Source: a bacterium (GTDB lineage Bacteria > Patescibacteriota > Patescibacteriia > JAGPKW01). From it: a stretch of DNA of 64,000 nt. Below are positions 29,928 to 40,395 of the stretch, piece after piece. The translations under genes were made by a program, and so were the position numbers. Within the stretch, counting starts at the first letter, position 1. Every line of letters starts with the position of its first letter. Where the stretch lies: contig JAJXYN010000011.1 of assembly GCA_021780535.1 (NCBI GenBank), forward strand, positions 15,295 to 79,294. Reading direction: 5' to 3'. The notes below the pieces were generated by a model that was not told the DNA's origin, made no database searches, and saw only the letters and a list, made by a program, of their open reading frames with translations.

Positions 29928-30953
29928 ATGTTTTTCTCAAATTTATTTAAACCACAAGGAATAGGAATAGATATAGGAACTGATAAAATAGTTGTTTATC
30001 TTGATAAAAAAGGAGTAGTTCTAAATGAACCTACTGTTATTTCTATTAATACAAAAAACAACCAAGTAATTGCTATAGGTCAAAAAGCAAAAGAAATGAT
30101 AGGAAGAGTTCCTAGCTATATTGATATTATAAAACCAATAGAAAATGGAGTTATATCAAACTTTGAAGCCACAGAGAAAATGATTGACTATTTTATGAAA
30201 AAAATCAGAAGAGATTATGGTAATTTTTTAAATTCTCAAGCATTAATTTCTATTCCACTTGATATTACTGAAGTTGAAAGAAAAGCTGTTAATGATGTAA
30301 TTCTTGCAACTGGTATTAAAAATATTTATACAATAGACAAATGTATAGCTACTGCCATAGGTAATAGATTGAAAATATTAGATTCCATAGGTAATTTTGT
30401 TGTAGAATTTGGTGCAGGAAGAACTGAAATAATCACAATATCTACTGGCGGTATAATGGCTTATAAATCTATACCTTTTGGAAGTAAGAGTATGGATCAA
30501 AATATTATTTCTTACATAAGAGATAAATTTAGTATATTAATAGGAGAAACTACTGCTGAAAATATAAAGAAAAATATTGGTACAGCCCTTGAAAATAAAG
30601 AAAAAAAAATAAAAGTTAAAGGCAGAGATCTTGCTACTGGAATGCCGAAAGAAGTTATTGTTACTAATATAGACATATCTAACGCTATTGATAAAAATAT
30701 AGAAACTATAGTTGCTAATATTGAGTTTGTACTTGAAGCAACACCACCTGAAATTTTAAATGATATATACGAAAAAGGCATTATTCTTTCTGGAGGCGGG
30801 TCTCTTATTGATGGTCTTAAAGAAAGAATATCTAAACAAACTAAAATTACTACTTATACCGCCGACGATCCTTCTATGAGTGTTATTAGGGGCATAGGAA
30901 TGATATTAGCAGACATGACAAAATATAAAGATATTTATACAAAAATGAACTAG
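29928..30953 (+). CDS. mreB: rod shape-determining actin-like protein MreB
   Basis: N-terminus GIDIGTDKIVVY, actin-fold phosphate and adenosine motifs, 341 aa. Confidence 0.9.
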   Translation: MFFSNLFKPQGIGIDIGTDKIVVYLDKKGVVLNEPTVISINTKNNQVIAIGQKAKEMIGRVPSYIDIIKPIENGVISNFEATEKMIDYFMKKIRRDYGNFLNSQALISIPLDITEVERKAVNDVILATGIKNIYTIDKCIATAIGNRLKILDSIGNFVVEFGAGRTEIITISTGGIMAYKSIPFGSKSMDQNIISYIRDKFSILIGETTAENIKKNIGTALENKEKKIKVKGRDLATGMPKEVIVTNIDISNAIDKNIETIVANIEFVLEATPPEILNDIYEKGIILSGGGSLIDGLKERISKQTKITTYTADDPSMSVIRGIGMILADMTKYKDIYTKMN

Positions 30954-30955
30954 AC

Positions 30956-31738
30956 ATGAAAAAAATTTTTTTAATTTTAGGTGTTATTATCCTTCTTACT
31001 TCTTTTGTGTTTTTGAAGTTTGATGTTTTTAGTTTTCCATCAAATTTTGTTAGAAGTATTTCTAATAACATTACTGCGAATTTAAATTCTATTTCTTCAT
31101 ATTCTAATGATAAAATAAGTATAATTTCTAATATTTCAAATATATTAAAAGAAAATGAGGCATTAAAAAATGAAAATGAAGATCTTATCTATAAAATTAA
31201 TTCTATTACTGAAAAAAATAAGGAAAATGAAATAGTAAATGAAAGTATGAATTTTGTTAAAAATTATAATTATAAATTTGCAAAAATACTAACTATAAAT
31301 AAAGAAATTGATAACACAATAACAATAAATATTGGCAAAAAAGATGGAATAGATGTCGGTTATCCTGTTATTTTTAAAAATGGTTTTTTAATTGGCAAAA
31401 TAAAACAAGTAAATGATAATTCTTCTGTGGTTTTATTAACAATAGATAAATCAAGCGAAGTTGCTGCTACGGTATCTGGGTATGATCATAGTATAGGCAT
31501 AATAAACGGAAATTATGGATTGAATTTTAAGCTTAATTATGTATCAATCAAAGAACCGATACGAAACGATGATGTTGTTGTTACAAGTGGTATAGAAAAT
31601 AATGTTCCTTCTGGATTAATAATAGGGAAAATCTCTAAAGTAGAATATAAACCATCAGATTTTTTTCAAGACGTGACGGTTTCACCAGTAATTCCTTTTG
31701 AAAACTTCAGAGTTGTTAGCGTAATAATGCCAAATTAA
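30956..31738 (+). CDS. mreC: rod shape-determining protein MreC
   Basis: N-terminal TM, coiled coil, and MreC beta-domains (GIDVGYPVIFKNGFLIGKIKQV). Confidence 0.75.
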   Translation: MKKIFLILGVIILLTSFVFLKFDVFSFPSNFVRSISNNITANLNSISSYSNDKISIISNISNILKENEALKNENEDLIYKINSITEKNKENEIVNESMNFVKNYNYKFAKILTINKEIDNTITINIGKKDGIDVGYPVIFKNGFLIGKIKQVNDNSSVVLLTIDKSSEVAATVSGYDHSIGIINGNYGLNFKLNYVSIKEPIRNDDVVVTSGIENNVPSGLIIGKISKVEYKPSDFFQDVTVSPVIPFENFRVVSVIMPN

Positions 31739-31795
31739 TATTAAAATATGTAAATATATATTTCTATTTTTTCATATTTTTATTAAAATCATTCT

Positions 31796-32341
31796 ATGAT
31801 TAATCTAATTTCAAAATTTAATAATTATTTTATTCTTTCGGTATTCTTATTGTCGGTTGTTGCTTTTCAGTTTGGTTTTTTAGATCCTTTTAATGCTCTA
31901 TATTTATCTTCTATAAATATTTTTTTAATAGTATCTATATTAGTGTGTGTAAGCACGAAAAATATTAAAAAAATAATAATTCCTATGTTTATAATAGCTT
32001 TTTTAAGTAGCATATATTCTAACTATAATATTTTTATATTAATTCCTACCTACTTATTTTCTGCAACTATAATATTTTATCTTAACAAAGGACCATTGTT
32101 TATAACTGATTATTATAGATTCATTATACTTGTTATATTATCTGTTATTATTTTTAAAGCTTTGTTTTATCTAATATTATTTTTATTTAACTATCTTTAT
32201 TATAAAAATATTATTATTCCAGAAATGAATTATGAATTTTTATTTTCTATTATTTTTGAAATTATTTATTCCATATTAATTTTATCTATTTTTAAGCCGG
32301 ATATTAAATATATTAATTATGAATTTTTGGTCGGAGATTGA
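31796..32341 (+). CDS. mreD: polytopic membrane protein, MreD-like by position
   Basis: 181 aa with 4-5 TM helices, lying between mreC and the PBP2 gene. The call is by synteny only. Confidence 0.4.
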   Translation: MINLISKFNNYFILSVFLLSVVAFQFGFLDPFNALYLSSINIFLIVSILVCVSTKNIKKIIIPMFIIAFLSSIYSNYNIFILIPTYLFSATIIFYLNKGPLFITDYYRFIILVILSVIIFKALFYLILFLFNYLYYKNIIIPEMNYEFLFSIIFEIIYSILILSIFKPDIKYINYEFLVGD

Positions 32342-34265
32342 AAATGTAACAACTAAAGATTCGGAGGTGCTAAATGAGAATATAGAAGACTATTCCGAGA
32401 GAAGTATAGAAGGCGATAATATAGCTCCATCGTCTGATAAGTTTTTATTTGCTAAAAATAAAATAAAAAAAGGAAAGGTGCTAGCATTTTTTATTTTTAC
32501 CTCATTTATTTTATTTGTATTAATTTCAAGAGTTTATCAATTACAAATAATAAAAAATAGTTACTATTCTGAGCTTTCTGATGGTAATAAAACTAGAAAT
32601 ATAGAAATAAAACCTCAAAGAGGAATAATTTTTGATAAAAATTTTAAAAAATTGGTGAATAATATCCCAATATATTATTTATATTATATTCCTTACGATG
32701 TTCCTAAAAAAGAAGACGAACTAAATAAATTAAAATATGAATTAAAATTAATATTAAATTTAGATGATAAAATATTAAATAAAATTAAATTTGCGAGATC
32801 TTATAAAAAAGTATTTTTGGTTGAGGTGGATGATTTAGATAAAATATCCAAAGTAAAATTAGATATAGAAAATACTAGCGGACTTCTTATTGAACCTTAT
32901 TTTATAAGGGAATATGAAAATTCTGATGTTCAATCTTTGTCTAGTATTATTGGATATGTTGGAAAATTAAATGATTCTGATATATCTAAATATCCAAATT
33001 ACAAATTAAATGATAATGTGGGTAAATATGGATTAGAATTATATTATGAAGATAAACTAAAAGGATCTTCTGGGGCTGAACAAATAGAAGTTAATAATGT
33101 TGGAAAAGAAATAAAAGTAACAAATGAAATAGCTCAACAACCTGGTAATAATTTAAAGTTATCTATTGATTATAATTTTCAAAAAAAAATAGAAGAAATA
33201 TTACAAACTACACTTACTAAAAATCATTTAAAGAGTGGCACTGTTATCGCAATGAATCCAAAAAATGGCGCTATTCTTGGGCTTGTTAGTCTTCCATCTT
33301 ATAATTCAAATGACTTTTCTTTTAAAAACTCTGATAAAATAAATGAGTATTTTACAAGTGAAGATAAGCCTCTTTTTAATAGGGCTATAGGTGGAAAATA
33401 TCCGCCAGCATCAACTTTTAAACTCATTATGGCTTCTGCTGGTCTTGAAGATGGCGTTATAAACACGAACACGATTATAAACGATCTTGGTAAAATTGTT
33501 GTTAAAAATAAATATGGCCTTAACGTAAGCTACACTTTTAAAGGTTGGGATCCTTATGGTCTTGGCAAAATGAATATTTATCATGCATTAGCTCAATCAT
33601 CAGATATTTATTTCTATTATGTTGGTGGTGGTTTTGGTGATTTCCGTGGACTTGGTATAGATAAAATGGTTGAATATTTTAAGAAATTTAAACTAGATCA
33701 AAAAACTGGCATAGATTTACCATACGAAGTGCCGGGTTTTATACCTACACCAGAGTGGAAAAATAGTACTAGAGATGAGATTTGGACTCTTGGTAATACT
33801 TATAATACATCTATTGGGCAAGGGGATTTGTTATTAACTCCTATGCAAATAGCTATGTACACTAGCTATTTTGCTAATAATGGCACTAGTTATGAGCCTA
33901 GGGTGGTTGATTCCATACTTGATGAGAATAATAATCTTGTTTCAAAAGTACAGGGGAATGTTTATTTATCTAATATTGTATCTCAAAATACTACTAAAAT
34001 TATTAGAGATTCTATGAAACTATGTGTTGATGACGCTAAAAATGGAACATGTAGAGGACTTAGATCTTTAAATATAGATGCTGCTGGTAAAACTGGTACT
34101 GCTGAAGTTGCAAATAAAACACAATTAAATGCTGTTTTTACTGGTTTTGCACCTTTTGATAATCCGGAAATTGTTGTTACTGTTCTTGTTGAAAATGGTG
34201 GGGAAGGATCTACTGTTGCACTTCCTATTGCTAGAGATGTACTTAAGGAATATTTTAAAAAATAA
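32319..34265 (+). CDS. mrdA: penicillin-binding protein 2 (elongasome transpeptidase)
   Basis: N-terminal TM and dimerisation domain; transpeptidase motifs STFK, SSD-like and KTGTA. Confidence 0.85.
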   Translation: MNFWSEIENVTTKDSEVLNENIEDYSERSIEGDNIAPSSDKFLFAKNKIKKGKVLAFFIFTSFILFVLISRVYQLQIIKNSYYSELSDGNKTRNIEIKPQRGIIFDKNFKKLVNNIPIYYLYYIPYDVPKKEDELNKLKYELKLILNLDDKILNKIKFARSYKKVFLVEVDDLDKISKVKLDIENTSGLLIEPYFIREYENSDVQSLSSIIGYVGKLNDSDISKYPNYKLNDNVGKYGLELYYEDKLKGSSGAEQIEVNNVGKEIKVTNEIAQQPGNNLKLSIDYNFQKKIEEILQTTLTKNHLKSGTVIAMNPKNGAILGLVSLPSYNSNDFSFKNSDKINEYFTSEDKPLFNRAIGGKYPPASTFKLIMASAGLEDGVINTNTIINDLGKIVVKNKYGLNVSYTFKGWDPYGLGKMNIYHALAQSSDIYFYYVGGGFGDFRGLGIDKMVEYFKKFKLDQKTGIDLPYEVPGFIPTPEWKNSTRDEIWTLGNTYNTSIGQGDLLLTPMQIAMYTSYFANNGTSYEPRVVDSILDENNNLVSKVQGNVYLSNIVSQNTTKIIRDSMKLCVDDAKNGTCRGLRSLNIDAAGKTGTAEVANKTQLNAVFTGFAPFDNPEIVVTVLVENGGEGSTVALPIARDVLKEYFKK

Positions 34266-34273
34266 ATTAATAA

Positions 34274-34368
34274 AAATTTAAATAATAATATTTTCTTTCC
34301 ATAGTGTTCCACTCAATTAAGATATCAAAGGAGTTCACAAATGAACGAAAATATTATTATTTAAGTTA
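34274..34368. repeat. about 95 bp palindromic element, copy 3
   Basis: Same core. It carries a G-to-A change (CCACTC) compensated by C-to-T on the opposite arm (GGAGT). Arms: AAATTTAAATAATAAT paired with ATTATTATTTAAGTT. Confidence 0.6.
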
Positions 34369-34437
34369 TAACCAGATTTGCATTTTTCATGCATTTATCA
34401 TAATATTATTTTATTAAAATAAACTAAAAATAAAGAT

Positions 34438-35829
34438 ATGCAAGATATTATTTCTATTGTTGGTACGGGATTTGTTGGGCTTACTACCGCTGCTGTATTT
34501 GCTAATGCTGGATATAGAACTTATACAATTGATACTGATGAAAATAAGATAAATACTATTAAATCAGGTAAATCTCCTTTTTATGAACCTGGTATTGATG
34601 GCTTTGTTGAGAGAGCTATTACTATTGGAAATCTTATTCCTACCACTTCATATTCTGAATCTATACCAAATTCTAATATTGTTTTTATTTGTGTTGGAAC
34701 TCCATCAAATGAAGATGGTAGTGTTGATTTAAAATATGTTTTTGAATCAGTTTCTTCTATTATAGAAAATGCAAATTCAGACTTAATTATAGTTCAAAAA
34801 TCTACCGTACCCGTTGAAACTGCTAGAAGACTAGAGAAAATGATTCAAGAAAAGAACAAAAAAAACATTAAGATAGATGTTGTATCTGCACCAGAATTCT
34901 TAAGAGAGGCGTCTGCTGTTTTTGATACTCTATTTTTTGACAGATTGGTTGTTGGTGCTAGAAATAATGAAGCTGCAAATAAAATTATAGAGATATATAA
35001 AAATGTTGACTCTTTTTCTAAGGTTATAAATTATGAAAAATTTATTGATTATGCTTTTAACAATACTAGTAAAAAATATTTAGATAATTTACCGCTTTTT
35101 GAAAAAAGAATACTTAGAACAAAGGTGGAGAGCGCTGAATTATTAAAAGTTACTGCTAATTCTTTCTTAGCAATGAAAATTTCTTTTGCTAATTCTATTG
35201 CTAGAATTTGTGATGAAACCGGGGCTATCTCAAAAGAGGTTATGGACGGTATTGGCATGGATTCTAGAATAGGAAGATCTTTTCTTTACCCTGGGCTTGG
35301 ATATAGTGGTGGGTGTTTTCCAAAAGATGTTTCTGGTATGATAAATACAGCAAATGAATATAATGTTGACTTTGGAATATTAGAAGAAGTAAAAAAAATT
35401 AATTCTGGACAAATTAATATTGTCGTAAATAAATTGAAAAGATTAATTGGAGAAAATTTAGAAGGCAAGAAGATTACAGTTCTTGGTTTATCTTTTAAGC
35501 CAGGCACTAGTGATATTAGAAAATCTCAATCTATTTATTTAATAAAAAGATTAATAAAACTTGGAACTATTGTAAATGCTTTTGATCCTAAGGCCACAGA
35601 TGAAGCTAAAAAAGAATTTAATGATAAGAATTTAAATTATATGAATTCTATAGAGTCTGCATGCCAATCATCTGATTGTGTTGTTATTGCAACAGAATGG
35701 AATGAATTTGTAAATTTTGATTATAACTCAATTAAAGAAACTTTAAATAATAAAAATATATTAGATTGTAGAAATTGTTTAAATAAAGATAAAATTACCG
35801 AATCTGGATTTAATTATATTGGATTTTAA
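34438..35829 (+). CDS. ugd: UDP-glucose 6-dehydrogenase
   Basis: N-terminal Rossmann fold IVGTGFVGLTTAAVF; UDPG/MGDP dehydrogenase central and C-terminal domains. Confidence 0.85.
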   Translation: MQDIISIVGTGFVGLTTAAVFANAGYRTYTIDTDENKINTIKSGKSPFYEPGIDGFVERAITIGNLIPTTSYSESIPNSNIVFICVGTPSNEDGSVDLKYVFESVSSIIENANSDLIIVQKSTVPVETARRLEKMIQEKNKKNIKIDVVSAPEFLREASAVFDTLFFDRLVVGARNNEAANKIIEIYKNVDSFSKVINYEKFIDYAFNNTSKKYLDNLPLFEKRILRTKVESAELLKVTANSFLAMKISFANSIARICDETGAISKEVMDGIGMDSRIGRSFLYPGLGYSGGCFPKDVSGMINTANEYNVDFGILEEVKKINSGQINIVVNKLKRLIGENLEGKKITVLGLSFKPGTSDIRKSQSIYLIKRLIKLGTIVNAFDPKATDEAKKEFNDKNLNYMNSIESACQSSDCVVIATEWNEFVNFDYNSIKETLNNKNILDCRNCLNKDKITESGFNYIGF

Positions 35830-35838
35830 TTTGTGTGG

Positions 35839-35864
35839 TAGGTGCAAGGCATACCTTGCACCTA
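35839..35864. repeat. GC-rich perfect palindrome (REP-like) that may serve as the ugd terminator
   Basis: TAGGTGCAAGG-CAT-ACCTTGCACCTA. Its arms resemble the palindrome inside the RAYT gene at 53554-53581. Confidence 0.45.
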
Positions 35865-35945
35865 TATATTAATGTTTTTTATTTACTTTTTTTATGATTT
35901 AATGTATTTTATATCAACAACAAACAAACTGGAGGACGACTAACT

Positions 35946-36815
35946 ATGTTTAACTACTTAATTGATATTAAAGATATTGATATTGATTTTTTAGTAGAAA
36001 TAATTGCTAGTATTGTTTCTTTCCCACCTTTTATGGAAAGATCGGATTTTTATCATCAAAATATAAATTCATCTGCTCGCGAAACTATTTTTATAGATCA
36101 TACGGTGGGAGTCGTAAATGAGTTTTATAAGAATACCGATCATGGTTTTGCTCATTCTGTTAATGTATATAATCGAGCTAAAAAAATAGCTGAAGACATT
36201 GCTATGCATGACCAAATGTTTAATGACATAAAAGACGAAACCATACACATTTTAAAATGGTCAGCAATTTTCCATGATATAAGCCGTTTTTATGGAAAGA
36301 ATAAAAACCGCGGGTTTATAAGTAAGGCACTCGTTGAAGATGTATTTTTTTACAAAAATGACCCAGCAAAAACAGCTATTTTTCTTTGCATAGAAAGACA
36401 TGATTGGTTCAATACTAGAATAGACGGAGAATTACCGGACAAATTTAAAAGAAATCCTATCGTTGATATATTTAGACTTGCTGACAAAACTTCCATTTCT
36501 CCACTTGATGAATTAAAAAGATATTATAAAACAGGAAAAAAATATAATACTATATTTTTTAACCCAAATATTCCTATTAGCAGAAGATTTGAATTCAAAG
36601 ATAATTTAAAAGAAAGGGATATGATTACATTTTTTCTTCTTATTTTTATAATGAATGAAAATAGTTTCTTTTTTAATGCTACTAGAAGAATTTATATGGA
36701 ATGGGCAATAAATAAAGAAGATTTAAAAAAATATATAGTAAAAGATCTTTGTGTAGCCGAAAATATTCCATTGAACCAAATTAGAATGATCAATGAGATT
36801 TTAAATATGGTATGA
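35946..36815 (+). CDS. HD-domain phosphohydrolase family protein
   Basis: H...HD pattern (FAHSVNVYN ... IFHDISRF). Confidence 0.5.
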   Translation: MFNYLIDIKDIDIDFLVEIIASIVSFPPFMERSDFYHQNINSSARETIFIDHTVGVVNEFYKNTDHGFAHSVNVYNRAKKIAEDIAMHDQMFNDIKDETIHILKWSAIFHDISRFYGKNKNRGFISKALVEDVFFYKNDPAKTAIFLCIERHDWFNTRIDGELPDKFKRNPIVDIFRLADKTSISPLDELKRYYKTGKKYNTIFFNPNIPISRRFEFKDNLKERDMITFFLLIFIMNENSFFFNATRRIYMEWAINKEDLKKYIVKDLCVAENIPLNQIRMINEILNMV

Positions 36816-36820
36816 AAAAT

Positions 36821-36858
36821 GGACACATTAGCTTTCGCTTTTGTGTCCTTATTTTTTT
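36821..36858 (+). terminator. rho-independent terminator
   Basis: GGACACA...TGTGTCC hairpin followed by a T-run. Confidence 0.45.
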
Positions 36859-36921
36859 AGATTGCATTAATTCGTTATATATCGTAATATTTAAATATTA
36901 TTAATACTATATTATTTTAAT

Positions 36922-37872
36922 ATGAAATTAATATCTATAATTATTCCAATATATAATGAGAAAGAGAATGTCCCTCTATTTTTTGAAGAATTCTTAAAAA
37001 TTAATGAACAATTAAAAGATAAATATTTATTTGAACTTCTTTTTATTAATGATGGCAGTTCTGATTCTTCTATTAATGAATTATACAAACTTGAAGATGA
37101 CAATAAAACTAATATCATTATTAAAACTTTAGATTTTGCCCGTAATTTTGGTAAAGAAATAGCATTAACTGCTGGAATAGAAAATGCAGATGGCGACGCT
37201 TGCTTGATGATAGATGCTGATTTACAACACCCCATAGAACTTATTCCTAATTTTATTAAAAAATGGGAAGAAGGTTTTGATGTCGTTATTGGTGTTAGAG
37301 AACATAACAAGGGCGAGGGAATTATAAAGAAAATGGGATCTAAGTTATATTATTCTGTAATGAATAGAATTTCTGATACTAAAATTATTCCTCGTGCTAC
37401 TGATTTTAGGATTATTGACAAATCTGTTATTGAATCTTTTCTAAAATTTACTGAAAGAAAAAGAATGACAAGGGCATTGATTGATTGGCTTGGTTTTAAA
37501 CGTGATTATATATATTTTAATGCTAACGAGAGAAAATTTGGAAAGGCTAGTTATGATGTTGTAAAATTAACAAAATTAGCTTTAAATAGTTTTATTAATC
37601 ATAGTCTTTTCCCACTTAAAATAGCTGGATATTTAGGTGCTCTTATTACTATTTTCTTTGGACCTCTTGGATTATTTATTTTTATTGGAAGATATTTTAC
37701 TCATAGTGATTTTGCTTTGAGTTTTACTGGATCTGCTTTACTTGCAATAGTTAATGCATTTTTAATTGGTATAGTTTTGAGTTCACTTGGACTTATAGCA
37801 TTATATATTGCTAATATTGAAAATGAAGTGAAAAATAGACCTCTTTATGTTGTTAGAAAAAGAAGAAAATAA
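36922..37872 (+). CDS. GT2 polyprenyl-phosphate sugar transferase (DPM1/ArnC-like)
   Basis: N-terminus ISIIIPIYNEKENV, DAD motif, and two C-terminal TM helices typical of ArnC/GtrB-like enzymes. Confidence 0.75.
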   Translation: MKLISIIIPIYNEKENVPLFFEEFLKINEQLKDKYLFELLFINDGSSDSSINELYKLEDDNKTNIIIKTLDFARNFGKEIALTAGIENADGDACLMIDADLQHPIELIPNFIKKWEEGFDVVIGVREHNKGEGIIKKMGSKLYYSVMNRISDTKIIPRATDFRIIDKSVIESFLKFTERKRMTRALIDWLGFKRDYIYFNANERKFGKASYDVVKLTKLALNSFINHSLFPLKIAGYLGALITIFFGPLGLFIFIGRYFTHSDFALSFTGSALLAIVNAFLIGIVLSSLGLIALYIANIENEVKNRPLYVVRKRRK

Positions 37873-37951
37873 GATATAATTTGACCTTATTAATTTAAAG
37901 TAGTAGCCTTATAGTTGTGCTATTGGCACTTTTCAAATTCAATTATTTTCT

Positions 37952-38491
37952 ATGGGAGGGACTATGCCTACGAAACTGGGTGATTTTGTTTACTCAATCA
38001 GAAGGAATTTTTTCTCACTGGCTATGATTTTTTATTTCATCTTTCAGTTCCCATTGTTTGTGTTTGTTGGAAATAATATTTATAAACTTTTTTTGCAAGG
38101 TGACAAAAGTAAAATAGTTTACGATATTTTTTATAATAATATAGCTTTTTATTTTATTGGACTTATATCAAGTCCAATGATAGTTGCATTTGCACTGTCT
38201 ATTCTCGTTGTTATCTGGTTTATAGCTTATGGTATTTATTCGCTAATTGGGTTAATACTAATAGGCATTTTTTATGAAGATATTGAATCAAATGCCAACA
38301 CTATTTTTGAAGTGATAAAATATGAACATTGGTTCAATAGCCAAGAAGTAGAGCCATCTATGATACATTCTTGGATAGAAAATGTCAGAATATTCAAAGC
38401 AGAAATTCTTAACAATAAATTGAAGAAAATGATTAAAGATATGGCACTTAGACATCTTGAACTAAAAAAAGCTTTTGTACAAAACCAGTAA
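37952..38491 (+). CDS. hypothetical membrane protein
   Basis: 3-4 TM helices; no recognisable domain. Confidence 0.4.
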   Translation: MGGTMPTKLGDFVYSIRRNFFSLAMIFYFIFQFPLFVFVGNNIYKLFLQGDKSKIVYDIFYNNIAFYFIGLISSPMIVAFALSILVVIWFIAYGIYSLIGLILIGIFYEDIESNANTIFEVIKYEHWFNSQEVEPSMIHSWIENVRIFKAEILNNKLKKMIKDMALRHLELKKAFVQNQ

Positions 38492-38519
38492 TAGGTAATA
38501 ACTATTATTGTAATTTCTT

Positions 38520-38546
38520 TGCCCCGCACAATGGGGCATTTTTTAT
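38520..38546 (+). terminator. rho-independent terminator
   Basis: GCCCCGCACAATGGGGC followed by ATTTTTT. Confidence 0.55.
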
Positions 38547-38576
38547 TAAACTAAAATATATATTTTAACGTTTTTT

Positions 38577-38634
38577 AATTTTATTGTGTAAAACTAGGCA
38601 AATAAATAATTTGACTGATACAATAAATTGACAA
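38577..38634 (+). repeat. partial copy (3' promoter part) of the accessory-cassette promoter repeat
   Basis: AATTTTATTGTGTAAAACTAGGCAAATAAATAATTTGACTGATACAAT. Confidence 0.5.
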
Positions 38635-38724
38635 AAATGAATACTATGATAAAATAATAATACTTACTATTGGTAGGGCATAGCTTAAGCGTTAGTACTT
38701 AATTCAGACCCCCAGATAAAAATA

Positions 38725-39228
38725 CTACGATTTTGTCGTAGTATTTTTGTTTTCTAAAAATTTACAATCATTTAAAAAAATTAAAAATTTATTAGGGGTA
38801 ACTGTTTTTAATAACATAGAAAGCTTTTTTCTATTTGGAATAATTAATTTATAAAATTTATTATTTGATATTAGATATTTAACAATGCAATCAAAATCAC
38901 CATCGCCAGTAACTACGATACATTTATTATAAATATTAAAATAAATCATAATATTTAAAATCATTAAAGAATCTACATTTCCTTTTATTTTACCATTATT
39001 ATTTATTAAAATATTTTTAAAAACTAAGATATAACCAATGTTTTTTAAATATTCATATAAATTTTTATTTTTCTCAATAAAGCCAATAAATAAAAACATT
39101 TTATTTGATTTATATTTTTCTTTAAGATAAATATAAAATCTTTGATAATCTAATTTCCAACCAAGTTCCAACACACCTAGATTTAAATTTTGATTATCTA
39201 TAAAAGTATAGATAATTTCTTTTTCCAT
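38725..39228 (-). CDS. NYN/LabA-like (PIN-like) domain protein
   Basis: The VVTGDGDFDCIVKYL motif is characteristic of the NYN domain. A bidirectional hairpin terminator lies at its 3' end. Confidence 0.6.
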   Translation of the reverse strand: MEKEIIYTFIDNQNLNLGVLELGWKLDYQRFYIYLKEKYKSNKMFLFIGFIEKNKNLYEYLKNIGYILVFKNILINNNGKIKGNVDSLMILNIMIYFNIYNKCIVVTGDGDFDCIVKYLISNNKFYKLIIPNRKKLSMLLKTVTPNKFLIFLNDCKFLENKNTTTKS

Positions 39229-39262
39229 GTTTTGTTTTAAAATTAAACTATTACAAACATAT

Positions 39263-39389
39263 CAAACACTAAAACATGCAACATTAATTTCTATATTAAT
39301 TCTTTATTAATATTCCTAAATTTTGTTTTATATTAAATATTAATTTTATTGTGCAAAACTAGACAAATAAATAATTTGGCTGATACAAT
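39263..39389 (+). repeat. accessory-cassette promoter repeat, copy A
   Basis: CAAACACTAAAACAT...ATTAATTCTTTATTAATATT...AATTTTATTGTGCAAAACTAGACAAATAAATAATTTGGCTGATACAAT. Shared with 43538-43680 and 44287-44406, and more distantly 53893-53965. Confidence 0.55.
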
Positions 39390-39449
39390 TTATTGATTTT
39401 CGTGAAAAATGGGCGTAGAATTTGATATAAGATTTTTAATAAAATATAA

Positions 39450-40394
39450 ATGGCAAAAAAAATATTAGTTACAGGTGGAGCTGGTTTTGTTGGGTCACAT
39501 TTATGTAAAAGATTATTAGATGAAGGCAATGAGGTTGTTTGTTTGGATAATTTACAAACTTGTAGCAAAGAAAATATAAACGAATTATCATCTAATCCTA
39601 ATTTTACATTTGTATTACATGATGTAACTATTCCTTTTTGGACTAGGGTAGATGAAATTTATAATTTAGCTTGCCCGGCATCTCCTATTCATTATCAATT
39701 TAATCCTGTTAAAACTACTAAGACTTCTGTAATGGGTGCTATTAATATGTTAGATCTAGCTAGAGATAATAATGCCAGAATATTACAATCTTCTACTTCT
39801 GAAATTTATGGTGATCCTATGATTCATCCTCAACCAGAATCTTATTGGGGGAATGTAAATACCATAGGTATAAGATCTTGTTATGATGAAGGCAAAAGAT
39901 GCGCTGAAACTTTATTTTTTGACTACAATAGACAATTTAATACTAAAATTAGAGTTATAAGAATATTTAATACCTATGGTCCAAAAATGGCAGAGAATGA
40001 TGGAAGAGTTGTTTCTAATTTTATTATGCAGGCGCTTAAAAATGAAGATATAACAATATTTGGGACAGGTGATCAAACTAGATCGTTTCAATATATTGAT
40101 GATTTGATAGATGGAATGATTAAAATGATGAATAATGATAGAGATTTTATAGGTCCGGTAAATATTGGCAATCCTAATGAATTTACAATGAAAGAATTAG
40201 CGGAACTAATATTGAAATTAATTCCAGAAAGTAAAAGTAAAATAATTTTCAAAGACCTCCCACAAGATGATCCAAAACAGAGAAAACCTGTTATAGATCT
40301 AGCTAAAGAAAAATTAAATTGGGAACCAAAAATTAAATTAGAAGATGGTTTAAAGAAAACTATTGAATATTTTAGAGAAAAAATAAAAAAATAG
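39450..40394 (+). CDS. UDP-glucuronate decarboxylase (UDP-xylose synthase)
   Basis: GGAGFVGSH Rossmann fold, YxxxK catalytic pair, and a UXS-like [15 protein letters not shown] segment. Fits with ugd upstream. Confidence 0.8.
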   Translation: MAKKILVTGGAGFVGSHLCKRLLDEGNEVVCLDNLQTCSKENINELSSNPNFTFVLHDVTIPFWTRVDEIYNLACPASPIHYQFNPVKTTKTSVMGAINMLDLARDNNARILQSSTSEIYGDPMIHPQPESYWGNVNTIGIRSCYDEGKRCAETLFFDYNRQFNTKIRVIRIFNTYGPKMAENDGRVVSNFIMQALKNEDITIFGTGDQTRSFQYIDDLIDGMIKMMNNDRDFIGPVNIGNPNEFTMKELAELILKLIPESKSKIIFKDLPQDDPKQRKPVIDLAKEKLNWEPKIKLEDGLKKTIEYFREKIKK

Positions 40395-40395
40395 A